Source: a virus
Lineage: Duplodnaviria; Heunggongvirae; Uroviricota; Caudoviricetes
Virus record (IMG/VR): IMGVR_UViG_3300043080_000590
Span: 194,386-258,385 of that record
Direction: 5' to 3' (one strand)
Length of the DNA stretch: 64,000 nt
Shown: one piece after another, positions 35,948-45,447 of the stretch
How positions within the stretch are numbered: the stretch's first letter is position 1
Layout of the letters: each line of letters begins with the position of its first letter
The notes under the pieces: generated by a model
The model's input: only the letters and a program-made list of their open reading frames with translations
The model's database searches: none
What the model was told of the DNA's origin: nothing
Made by a program: the position numbers and the translations under genes

Positions 35948-36451
35948 ATGAGAAAGATTTCAAGGTTAGTTAAATCAGAAGATATAGAACAAAAGCGTTA
36001 TGAAGTAATTGAAAAATTTAATAATTATATAGATAATTTAGGTGAAAAATTATTAGGAAAATATTTTGAAAACTGTTGTTCCTCAGAAATGATTCATTTT
36101 AATGATGAAAAAGACTTTCCATATGATTATAAATATATGTTTTTTGATGGATATATAAGTATATTAGAAGCTTCAAGAATTTTAGGCATATCTTTAACAG
36201 AGGATGAAATAGATTTGCTTGAAAATAAATTAGGAAAATATTCTATTGACGATGGTGCAATATATTTAGATTGTACAAAAAATAATGTAAGTGCTGAAAT
36301 CGATGATTGGGCAGAAGATATAACTCAAACAAATAATAACAATTTTAGTAAAAAGATTAATAATATTTTAAATGGTATGGAAAAGAATTTAAAAATATTT
36401 GTTGATGAAGTAGATAAAAAAGTACTTGAATTACAAAAAGATATTTTATAA
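35948..36451 (+). CDS. Acidic protein, divergent member of the MKRL-leader family
   Basis: MRKISRLVKSE leader; KYFENC, DGYISILEA..LGISLTEDEI similar to GEIDIEDA..AGVTLSNDEV of 25240. Confidence 0.5.
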   Translation: MRKISRLVKSEDIEQKRYEVIEKFNNYIDNLGEKLLGKYFENCCSSEMIHFNDEKDFPYDYKYMFFDGYISILEASRILGISLTEDEIDLLENKLGKYSIDDGAIYLDCTKNNVSAEIDDWAEDITQTNNNNFSKKINNILNGMEKNLKIFVDEVDKKVLELQKDIL

Positions 36452-36453
36452 TG

Positions 36454-36477
36454 AGGAGATTTAATATCTCCTTTTTT
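36454..36477 (+). terminator. Rho-independent terminator
   Basis: AGGAGAT / ATCTCCT plus T-tract. Confidence 0.65.
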
Positions 36478-36627
36478 ATTGTAAAAATTTATCAACTACT
36501 ATATGATGTTTTCACTAATTAAAGATGTAATGGCTTCTTACTAAAAAATATTAAAATATAGTATATTTTTATTTACTCAATATATTTTACAAATAAAAGA
36601 TTTTCATAGTAAAGGAGACATATATAT

Positions 36628-36984
36628 ATGAGAAAAGAACTTGAACAATTAATATTTAGTGGTATATTAACTGATACAGTAGAAATTGCAGGCAAGCTGT
36701 GGACTATACAAACAATTTCTATTACAGAACATACAGATGTTGTAGCAAAGTTGAAAGGTGATAATAATACACTTAATTTGCTTGCTCTTAAGACAAATTT
36801 AGTTATTAAGAGTTTAAAGAGTATTGATGATATAGTATTAGATGATGAAAAAGAAAAGACCGAGTTTGTTAAGAAGTTACCACTTCCAATCATTGATAAG
36901 TTGTTTACAACTTATGATGCTTTAGTGGATAAGTTAAACAAAGAATTAACAAACGAGGATTTAGAAGAAATAAAAAACTCCTAA
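36628..36984 (+). CDS. Tail assembly chaperone (G-like)
   Basis: 118-aa ORF upstream of the tape measure; LP..IIDKLF..Y..L motif; ends at a slippery A AAA AAC. Confidence 0.7.
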   Translation: MRKELEQLIFSGILTDTVEIAGKLWTIQTISITEHTDVVAKLKGDNNTLNLLALKTNLVIKSLKSIDDIVLDDEKEKTEFVKKLPLPIIDKLFTTYDALVDKLNKELTNEDLEEIKNS

Positions 36985-37883
36985 ACGACAGTTTTAGCAA
37001 TATAAAGTTTACCGTCATGGAAGCCACTGGTGCATTACCCACTGAGAAAAGAGTTAGGGAAATGAATAACTACCAGTGGCTTTGGTATTATATGAATATT
37101 ATTGAATCTAAAAAGAGAAGAAATGAAGAAAGAGATAATATCATTCAATATATGTCATATTTCTGGAATTATGACATGGCTAAATCTGTCGCAGAGCAAA
37201 AGGAAGCAGAAAAACGTAAAAAAGAAAGAGAAGAAGCAAAGAAGAATAACACAGAAGTTCAATATAATCCGTATGAAGAAAGGAATGTATTAGCAGAGGG
37301 TGAAGTATATAATGATACATTTGATGATGAAATTGAATCAATATTAGCAAATGAAAGACAAATAGAGTTACCTGGTAGTGGTAATAAAGTTTCTTCTGAA
37401 TCAAAAGAAGAATTTATGGAAAGAGCATTTAACATTGAAAAATTATTACAAGAAAGTCCTAATATAAAAGAACTTCAATACATAGAACCAGAAGTAAAGA
37501 AAATAAAAAGGCAACAAAGAGAAGAAATGATGAGAACGGAAAATACAGTAGTAAGGAATAGAGGAGAAAGACCATTATTAGTAAATCCTAAAAAGGCAAA
37601 AAAGCCATCTACGCACCCAACTACACTTGATAGTGGAAATAGAAAAAATACTTCAAACGAACATACTATTGAGAATGAAAGAACTAATATTGTAAGAAAT
37701 AATGTTGTAAGAAATAACAAAAATCATAAAAGTTCTAAAAAACCTGTATTAAAAAATAATAATGAAATAGTTGGATTTAAAAAGAGTAATGAAGTGGAAG
37801 ATTTATTAAGTTTTGATAAATTTAAGAGTAGTGCAAATAATGATGATTTAGATATAATTACAAGTCCTACAAATGAAAAATGA
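36972..37883 (+). CDS. -1 frameshift extension of the tail assembly chaperone (GT-like)
   Basis: The -1 frame from A AAA AAC (36972-36978) is open into ORF 37017, which lacks an obvious SD. Confidence 0.7.
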   Translation, partial: KKLLNDSFSNIKFTVMEATGALPTEKRVREMNNYQWLWYYMNIIESKKRRNEERDNIIQYMSYFWNYDMAKSVAEQKEAEKRKKEREEAKKNNTEVQYNPYEERNVLAEGEVYNDTFDDEIESILANERQIELPGSGNKVSSESKEEFMERAFNIEKLLQESPNIKELQYIEPEVKKIKRQQREEMMRTENTVVRNRGERPLLVNPKKAKKPSTHPTTLDSGNRKNTSNEHTIENERTNIVRNNVVRNNKNHKSSKKPVLKNNNEIVGFKKSNEVEDLLSFDKFKSSANNDDLDIITSPTNEK

Positions 37884-37908
37884 CATATAAAAGAGGTGAA
37901 AATAAATA

Positions 37909-40900
37909 ATGAATAATAATGTAAATAGCCCATTGACAGATATGCTTAAAAATAGTAGTGAATGGGGAGCGAGTTATCAAAACGCTACTAATGTTAATGA
38001 GGAAGAAAGCAACACAAAAAGAATTATTGATGTTGTTGTTAATGATGAAGATGCTAGAAAACGAATAAAAGAACTTTCTGATGAATATGCAAAATCATTA
38101 GAATTAAAAATAGAAACTAAGTTAGATAAACACGAAGATGTTTTAAAAGAACTCAAAGAAGTAAGAGATTTCATTGAAAGTGCGAACTCAGATTTTAGAA
38201 TAAATGTTGAAGTAGATGGTTTATCTGCATTTAATGCAGTAAGTAAAGATTTAGACCAAATGCAATCTAAGATAGCATCTGTACAACAAAATGTACTTAA
38301 ATTTTCAGATAGTTTTAATGAGTTGGATGCTTCAAAAATATCAACATATAATTCACAAATAGAATCAGCAATAGGTATTTCAAAGGATGCTAAAAAAGAA
38401 GCACAAGATTTAGTAAATTCTCTTAATGCAGATATTCAAACGAAAAACTTTGCCGATTTAACAGAAAAATTAATAGATTTACAAAGCATTATGGCTACTG
38501 CTGGTATGGGCGGTAAGGAATTTAATGATATAATTTCAAGTATTGGTGGAGAAAAATTAGCGGCAGAATTTGAAAGCTCTAGTGCTGCATTAAAACAATT
38601 AAAAGAAAATATATCTACTACTGTCACTGAATTTAATAATTTTTCAAAAGTAAAAGAACCTCTTGAAAATATTGTAAGTACATTAAGTAAGCAAGCTGAA
38701 CAAATGGATAAAAACCTTGAAAAGGCAAAGGAAATAAATCAAACAAAAATACAATGGAAAATAGATGGAGATGGTAATGCTACAAAATTAGCAAACGCAC
38801 TTGATTTATCTTCTGAAATTGAAATGTTTAAAAAACAAAAAAAAGAAATAGAAAAAATACAAGAAGAACTTAATGGTGCTGCAAAAAAAGGCAATTTTAT
38901 AGAAACTGCTCTTGGTGGTAAAGACACAGGAAGTGGTGTAAATAGACAATATTTGGATAGAAATAAACAAATGTCAAAACATATAAACGGTACAGTATTT
39001 AATACCAGTAATTATCTTATTGACACGGAAGATGATTCTACTACAATAACAGATAATCTAAGTAAAATAAGTGAAAAGTATGGTATTTACAACAAAACAC
39101 TTGCAGACAGGCATAAGAGTTTTGTTACAATGCTTAATGAGGAATTAAATGTATTACAACAGAATGAAAATAAAATAAAAGAACAATCAGAAGAAGGTCT
39201 TATCTCTAGTGATGAAGCTGAAAAGGCAATAGAAGAAATTAAAAAGCAAAGAAAAGCATTAAATGAACAGTTAAATGAAAGTCAAAAACAAACAGTTGAG
39301 GATATAAATAAACTTGCAGAAGGAAATGCAAGGCTTATTGCTGCGGCAGGTGAAAATGCTGTCGGAAATTACTCTATGATGAATTATGGAGATACGTTTA
39401 AATCAGATAATAAGAAAATGCTTGATACAAGTGTTGGTAATATTAAGACATTAAGTAATATTGAGAGAAGAATGGAAGGTCCTAAGTCCTTCAAAGGATT
39501 AATGACAGGTAAAAATGTTATTAAAAACTTGGGAACGCAATTAGCGTTAGAAACACAAGGTGTAAATGTTTCTGATATTAAAAACATAGCAAGAAGTAAC
39601 GCAGGTAAAGCAGACTTTGTAAATAAAAACTTCGACAATATTGCTGGTGGACTTAACACAGCATTAAGTACTAACAATAAAGAAGATATTGATATGTATA
39701 AAGGACAATTAGGTGGATTGTCAAGTCAATTTGGCGATAAGAAAGATATAAAATCTCTTTCAAAAGCTGCAAAAATGGACACAAAAGGTGATAAAAACTT
39801 AGAAGGTCTTAAAAAAGCAGCACAAGACCAAATAGCAGTAGAAAAGCAATCAATATCTAGTTTGCTTATGCTTTATCAACAATTAGATGAAAACGGACAA
39901 CTTTCTGATGACCAACAAGAAGAAATGGAAAGACTTAAAGAAGCTATGAACGACTTAGAGGAAGCAACAGAAGAAAACTCAGATAAACAAGAGAAAAGTT
40001 CTAGTAGCTCAGGAAATTTAGGTTCTACTATTAGTAGTTTTTTACAGGGATTTGAAAAATTATTAAGTAATGCTGGGGCTTTATTATCCACACCTTTAGC
40101 TTCCAGAGCTATGAGTATGTTTGAAGATACTTCTCTTGGTAAGGGCATTAGTAGTTTTATGGAAGATAAACTTGGACTTACTGGCGGTCTTGATAATATT
40201 CCAACTGGTAAAGCATTAGAAATAGCTTTAGACCCATATAAAGCATACAACTACATAGGTTTATCTAATTTTAATGCAGATGGTTATAGAGAAAGGTCAA
40301 TTGAATTAAACAAGCAATTTGAACAGCAACATTTTAATGTTGCACAGACAAATGCTAAATATGGATTATCTGGTAATTATGACTTAGCAGAAGATAAAGC
40401 AAAAGAACTTTATAGGGCAACTAATGGTGTTGTTGGTTTTGAGGATTTATCTCAAAACTATGATGCTGTTGCAAAAACAGGTATACAAGATAGTAAAACA
40501 GCAGGACAATGGGCTGAATATGCTACATTAATGGATAAAGTAGGTGCTATGGACTCAAGTGAAGTTATTAGTACTTTAAAGAATCTTTATACCAATATGG
40601 ATTTGACAGCTGAAAAATCAGTTCAAATGGTAAACAGAATCGCTTCTGCTGCTAAAAATTCAAAAGTATCAGTTAGCGATTATGCACAAGCTGTTACAAG
40701 TATAGCAGACGGTTATAGACGAGTTGGTCTTGATGCGGATGATGCTTTAAATGTAATGGGTAACTTAATGGATGCTGGATATTCATTTAAAGATGCTCAG
40801 GAAATGGCTTCAACGTTTGGTAATTCTTTAAGTACATTCAGTAATAACAATTCTGATGTAATTTTGTCAGGTTTGATGAGTGGCGGTACAGACCCTTATA

Positions 40901-43900
40901 AAATGCTTGCTGATGCACAAGATGTAACAGACCCTAATTGGGGCAAGAATATGGCTTCTGGTATGCAAAGCATACTTGATATGAAAGAAAGTATGTTTGG
41001 TAAAGGTTCAAATCTTGCAAAATATGAAGTAATGAAAACAATGCAGACAGACTTTGGTTTTAGCCAAAAACAATCTGCTGAAATGTATCATAAATTGCAA
41101 GATGGTGATATTGGAAGTCTTGAAGATTTACTTGATGAAATTGCAAATGAAGATAGTGGAGAAAGCATTGAAGAAATAAATTCAAAACTTCTTGATGAAA
41201 CTGTTAAACTCGGTGGAGAAGTTGGCGGCATACAAGAGATGGTTGCCAAATTCGACTATTCTGCTGCAAAAGATGGTGTAGAAGAAATAAAAAAATTAGA
41301 GTCAACATTATCTGGCTTTGTAGACAGTAATATAAACGATATGCAAGAAAAGCTTGAAATTGATTATTCTGAAATGACAGAATATTTGGATAGTAAAGCT
41401 GGACAATGGACACAAAGTCATGCAGAACTTATGAATGAACTTTCAGGTTCTTTTAAAACAATAATTGGTATACTTTGTGGACTTTTAACTTCATCAATAT
41501 TTAGTAATCTTTTTAGCGGACTTTCTAGTTTATTAAGTGGTGGCAGTTCTCTTCTTGGTTCTGCTGCTGTTGGTTCTGCTGCTACAATTGCTGCTGGTGG
41601 TGCAATGATTGCAGCAGGTGCTGCTTGGGGTGTACACGATGCTAACAAAGCATTAGAATATGCACAAGAAAATGGTGGAGCAGAAGGAGCAGCTATGAGA
41701 GAAGGCTTTTGGAGTGGTTCTCATAGAAACGAACAAGGTTTGCACGATGGCACGAATATGGCTGCAAACGCAGGAAAATTTGCTCTTATTGGTGCAGGTA
41801 TTGGTACTTTTATTCCTGGTGTAGGTACAGTCGTTGGTGGTGCAATTGGTGCAGGTGTTGGTGCTGTCTTAGGCAGTGAAGTCTACGATACTTATGTAAA
41901 TGGTAATTCACGAGAATATAATAGAATTAGGTCTGGATATAATGAAAACAAAAATGCTTTAACTGAAAAATACATTAGTGCTGGGTACTCAGAAGAAGTT
42001 GCCCAAACTATGTCAGATGGTTTATATAAGTTTAGTAGTGAATTAAAAGGACAAAATTCTACAACAATGGATGCTTTTGCAAGATATTATGCAGAAGCAA
42101 TTGCTTCTGGAAAAACACCAGAACAAGCTATAAGTGATTTCACATCAAATATTGATGACAATGTAGATAAAATTATAACACAAATGAAAGAAGAAGGTGT
42201 AGAGGTAACTGATGAAAACGGTATTGTTACAGAAAATGGTGATACAACACAAAATCTTGTAACTGATATGAGTTCAGAACAAAACGCTCTTTTTGACAAA
42301 TGGGCTGGTGCAGCAAACAAAGAAGTAGTAATGAAGGGTGGAGAATCCCTTACTTTAAAAGAAGTTGTAGAAAGTATATCAAAAGACGAATCTACGGCAG
42401 AAAAAGCAGGAACAAATGATGTAAGAAAATGGATTTTAGGAAAAGATAATCAGGCATTAGCCTCACTTAATAAGTATGGTGGAGATTATGATAAAATATT
42501 AGAAGCTGCCACAACTGGCGATAAAGGAGCAGCAAAAGGATTACAACTTGTTCAAGATGCGTTGTTTACAAGTGTAGCATTCCATTCTGCTAGTGCAAAA
42601 AAAGATGAAAGTGATGCTTATGAGAGTTTAGTAGCTGGTGATAGAACTTTAACTGCTGTAAGAACTGGAGATATTACCAATTATGAAAGACAATATGTGA
42701 CACAAGGAGAACAACAAATATCAAAAGATATTCAAGACTTAAAAAATAAAACTGTTGGTAGTACTGATTTTAACAATACTTGGAATAAATATAAGGGTGT
42801 TATTGAACAAAACCCACTTTATAAACAAGAGTATCAAAATGCCTTAAAGAATGGTTCTACTGCTGAAGAAGCCGCAAAAAAAGCACAAGAAGCAATTCAA
42901 GAAGCAATAAAAGATAAAGTATCTACTGAAGACCCACAAGCTTTAAGTGATATGATTGGAATTAGTGTTGCAGATGCTATGGCGGCAATAGATGACAATA
43001 ACAATCCAACTCCTACAAGCACAGAACAATCTGATATGAATAAAATTTATGACCTTTGGGCAGGAATATATTCTAATGGTGGTAATTTGGAATTCGTATC
43101 TGATAAAGGAGATTATACTGCTAATGCTAATATTAGTGATATTTTTAAGGGGTTTACACAAACTTTTGATGAAAACGACACAACACTTGTAGGTAGTATT
43201 GTAAATAGAAATAGAGACGATATTGATTATGCTTTAGAAAAAGCAGGTAGTAATACTACTACTTCCGAAGTGTTAAGTAAATATATGAAAGATGGGAATT
43301 TTGATACAGTTTCTTTTTTAGAAAATGCAAAAAATAATGCTAATAGTGATGAAGGGATAATTTTAAAAACGTTTACAAATAATATGTTGCCAGCAGATAC
43401 TAACGATTTAACTAAGTATCGTGATTTTAAAGGTATGGGAACTGGCGAAAAAGACGGCGTAACTTTTACAGGAACTTCTGAGACTTTATCTTTAAAGCGA
43501 ACACAAGACATGACAAATCTTGTAACAAATAAAAACGATAATTACGTAAGTACGGTGGACTTAAGGTCACCATTAAACACAAAAGAAGACGGTAAAAAAC
43601 TTCTGGAATTATTAGGTAGTAAGATACAAGATAAAAATGGAAATGGTAATTATGATGAATTGATAGATATTCTTGAGGATGATACTGGTGAGCAATTACA
43701 AGAACTTATTAATGGAAATTTAGATATATTTACCAGTAACGAAGATTTAAAAAAGATATTAGATGACGATGGTACAATTAGCCAAAATAATTCAAAATCT
43801 ATTTTATCTTTTTTAAAAAGTATTATTGATAGTGGTATTAAGATAAAAAATATTACTAACGGGAATAACAACAATGATGGTTCAAGTGATGGTTCGGATG

Positions 43901-45369
43901 GTGGTAGTGGCAGTAGTAGTGGTGGTACAGGAGCAACAGTAGAATTTAAAGGCAATTTAGATGAATATACTAAAAAATACTTTGCAACACCAGGTTCAAC
44001 TGTTGATTTTTGGAATACGCTTTTAGGTGATATGGGGTATTCAAATGGATTTGCATCCTTTACTCCTGATGTATGGGCAGAGAATGCTTATAATAACACA
44101 AATTATTCAACAGCTGGTACTAAGACCATAGATACAAAAACACAAGGAACTAAGTATGTTACTTATGAATTAACTACGCCAGTATCTAATAAACATTGGT
44201 GGACAAGTGCCAATTATGAGATACCAAATACTAATAACCAAAAATATTATTTAGAACAAGCCATAAAACAAGCCCCTAATTCGACTACTGCTGGCATAAT
44301 TAACAACATGATTAAAGGTACTACAGATTATATATCAAACAGTGAACTCTTAGCTATAAACCAATTGTTAGCTAAAGCTGGAACAGGTGTACAACTTTCA
44401 GTATCAGCAGGTGCAAGTGATAAGCTAAAAGCAGCTTCAAACAAACCTGTTAGAAATTTGGTAATGACAAAAGCTGTAAAAGAAGAAACTACTACACAAC
44501 AACAAGTTACTGATGAAAATAATAGAACATTTAATGCATCAGAATTAGTAAAAAGTTTGATAGCAGGACATATATACTCACTTAACAATTATACAGTAGG
44601 TACTAACAAAAACGGTGAAATAGAATCCACTAGTTTGAGAATTCTCAGAACTGGTGATGATTCATTTATGATTGGTTCATATAAATATTCAGACAGTGCA
44701 GGTACTCAAATTGTAACAAATAGAACAGATATGGATACTGCTACTTTGGTAAGAACAATACAAAGTGGATATGCTGATACGACAAATAAAGATATTGCAA
44801 CATTGACTGATTTGACAGGAGATATTTCTTCGAAACTTTCAGAAGTAACAAGAGAAACAACTCCTACTACCACTCCCGAAGAAACAACAGACCCTGAAGA
44901 AGAACAACGAAAGAAAGAAGATAGCAAAAATATGGCAGAAACGGCTAAAAATACAGGTGATGCTGTTGATGCTCTTAATGGTACAGGCTATTTAGGTGCA
45001 GGTCAGTTGTTATTTACAGCTCAAACATTTGGTTCTAATTCATCATTGTCAGGACAATCATTAGCAACAACTGATTGGGAAGGATATTCAACCAGTTTGA
45101 CAGAGGCAGGCGGTGGATTGGTTGCCCCTGATGCACAGATACTTTCTTATGCACTTGCAACTAGCAGTGAAATTAATAGTTATGCAACATTAAATAAAAA
45201 TTTACAAGAGAATGGTTCAAATCAAACTGTAAATATTAACGTTAAAGCTGATATAACTGGATTAGATACAAACGTAGAAGAAATGAGTAAAAATGTTTCA
45301 GAAGCTATAACTTATCAAGTTTTAGATGATACTGGTGTTACTGCTGTTGTTAATACAACTATTTCATAA
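37909..45369 (+). CDS. Tape measure protein
   Basis: 2486 aa, coiled-coil/helical, Gly-zipper hydrophobic segments (GAGIGTFIPGVGTVVGGAIG), directly after the chaperone pair. Confidence 0.85.
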   Translation: MNNNVNSPLTDMLKNSSEWGASYQNATNVNEEESNTKRIIDVVVNDEDARKRIKELSDEYAKSLELKIETKLDKHEDVLKELKEVRDFIESANSDFRINVEVDGLSAFNAVSKDLDQMQSKIASVQQNVLKFSDSFNELDASKISTYNSQIESAIGISKDAKKEAQDLVNSLNADIQTKNFADLTEKLIDLQSIMATAGMGGKEFNDIISSIGGEKLAAEFESSSAALKQLKENISTTVTEFNNFSKVKEPLENIVSTLSKQAEQMDKNLEKAKEINQTKIQWKIDGDGNATKLANALDLSSEIEMFKKQKKEIEKIQEELNGAAKKGNFIETALGGKDTGSGVNRQYLDRNKQMSKHINGTVFNTSNYLIDTEDDSTTITDNLSKISEKYGIYNKTLADRHKSFVTMLNEELNVLQQNENKIKEQSEEGLISSDEAEKAIEEIKKQRKALNEQLNESQKQTVEDINKLAEGNARLIAAAGENAVGNYSMMNYGDTFKSDNKKMLDTSVGNIKTLSNIERRMEGPKSFKGLMTGKNVIKNLGTQLALETQGVNVSDIKNIARSNAGKADFVNKNFDNIAGGLNTALSTNNKEDIDMYKGQLGGLSSQFGDKKDIKSLSKAAKMDTKGDKNLEGLKKAAQDQIAVEKQSISSLLMLYQQLDENGQLSDDQQEEMERLKEAMNDLEEATEENSDKQEKSSSSSGNLGSTISSFLQGFEKLLSNAGALLSTPLASRAMSMFEDTSLGKGISSFMEDKLGLTGGLDNIPTGKALEIALDPYKAYNYIGLSNFNADGYRERSIELNKQFEQQHFNVAQTNAKYGLSGNYDLAEDKAKELYRATNGVVGFEDLSQNYDAVAKTGIQDSKTAGQWAEYATLMDKVGAMDSSEVISTLKNLYTNMDLTAEKSVQMVNRIASAAKNSKVSVSDYAQAVTSIADGYRRVGLDADDALNVMGNLMDAGYSFKDAQEMASTFGNSLSTFSNNNSDVILSGLMSGGTDPYKMLADAQDVTDPNWGKNMASGMQSILDMKESMFGKGSNLAKYEVMKTMQTDFGFSQKQSAEMYHKLQDGDIGSLEDLLDEIANEDSGESIEEINSKLLDETVKLGGEVGGIQEMVAKFDYSAAKDGVEEIKKLESTLSGFVDSNINDMQEKLEIDYSEMTEYLDSKAGQWTQSHAELMNELSGSFKTIIGILCGLLTSSIFSNLFSGLSSLLSGGSSLLGSAAVGSAATIAAGGAMIAAGAAWGVHDANKALEYAQENGGAEGAAMREGFWSGSHRNEQGLHDGTNMAANAGKFALIGAGIGTFIPGVGTVVGGAIGAGVGAVLGSEVYDTYVNGNSREYNRIRSGYNENKNALTEKYISAGYSEEVAQTMSDGLYKFSSELKGQNSTTMDAFARYYAEAIASGKTPEQAISDFTSNIDDNVDKIITQMKEEGVEVTDENGIVTENGDTTQNLVTDMSSEQNALFDKWAGAANKEVVMKGGESLTLKEVVESISKDESTAEKAGTNDVRKWILGKDNQALASLNKYGGDYDKILEAATTGDKGAAKGLQLVQDALFTSVAFHSASAKKDESDAYESLVAGDRTLTAVRTGDITNYERQYVTQGEQQISKDIQDLKNKTVGSTDFNNTWNKYKGVIEQNPLYKQEYQNALKNGSTAEEAAKKAQEAIQEAIKDKVSTEDPQALSDMIGISVADAMAAIDDNNNPTPTSTEQSDMNKIYDLWAGIYSNGGNLEFVSDKGDYTANANISDIFKGFTQTFDENDTTLVGSIVNRNRDDIDYALEKAGSNTTTSEVLSKYMKDGNFDTVSFLENAKNNANSDEGIILKTFTNNMLPADTNDLTKYRDFKGMGTGEKDGVTFTGTSETLSLKRTQDMTNLVTNKNDNYVSTVDLRSPLNTKEDGKKLLELLGSKIQDKNGNGNYDELIDILEDDTGEQLQELINGNLDIFTSNEDLKKILDDDGTISQNNSKSILSFLKSIIDSGIKIKNITNGNNNNDGSSDGSDGGSGSSSGGTGATVEFKGNLDEYTKKYFATPGSTVDFWNTLLGDMGYSNGFASFTPDVWAENAYNNTNYSTAGTKTIDTKTQGTKYVTYELTTPVSNKHWWTSANYEIPNTNNQKYYLEQAIKQAPNSTTAGIINNMIKGTTDYISNSELLAINQLLAKAGTGVQLSVSAGASDKLKAASNKPVRNLVMTKAVKEETTTQQQVTDENNRTFNASELVKSLIAGHIYSLNNYTVGTNKNGEIESTSLRILRTGDDSFMIGSYKYSDSAGTQIVTNRTDMDTATLVRTIQSGYADTTNKDIATLTDLTGDISSKLSEVTRETTPTTTPEETTDPEEEQRKKEDSKNMAETAKNTGDAVDALNGTGYLGAGQLLFTAQTFGSNSSLSGQSLATTDWEGYSTSLTEAGGGLVAPDAQILSYALATSSEINSYATLNKNLQENGSNQTVNINVKADITGLDTNVEEMSKNVSEAITYQVLDDTGVTAVVNTTIS

Positions 45370-45374
45370 AATTT

Positions 45375-45405
45375 AAAAGACCTTTTTTACAAAAGGTCTT
45401 TTTTT
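45375..45405 (+). terminator. Rho-independent terminator
   Basis: AAAAGACCTTTT / AAAAGGTCTTTT. Confidence 0.75.
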
Positions 45406-45447
45406 ATTTTAATAATTTCCTATTTTAATAAAAAGGAAGTGAAATAA

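Noticed and set aside
37977..44927. Many short minus-strand ORFs inside the tape measure (and similar ones inside the sheath and hub genes)
   Set aside because: Antisense shadows of long coding frames; S/L/F-rich with no recognisable motifs
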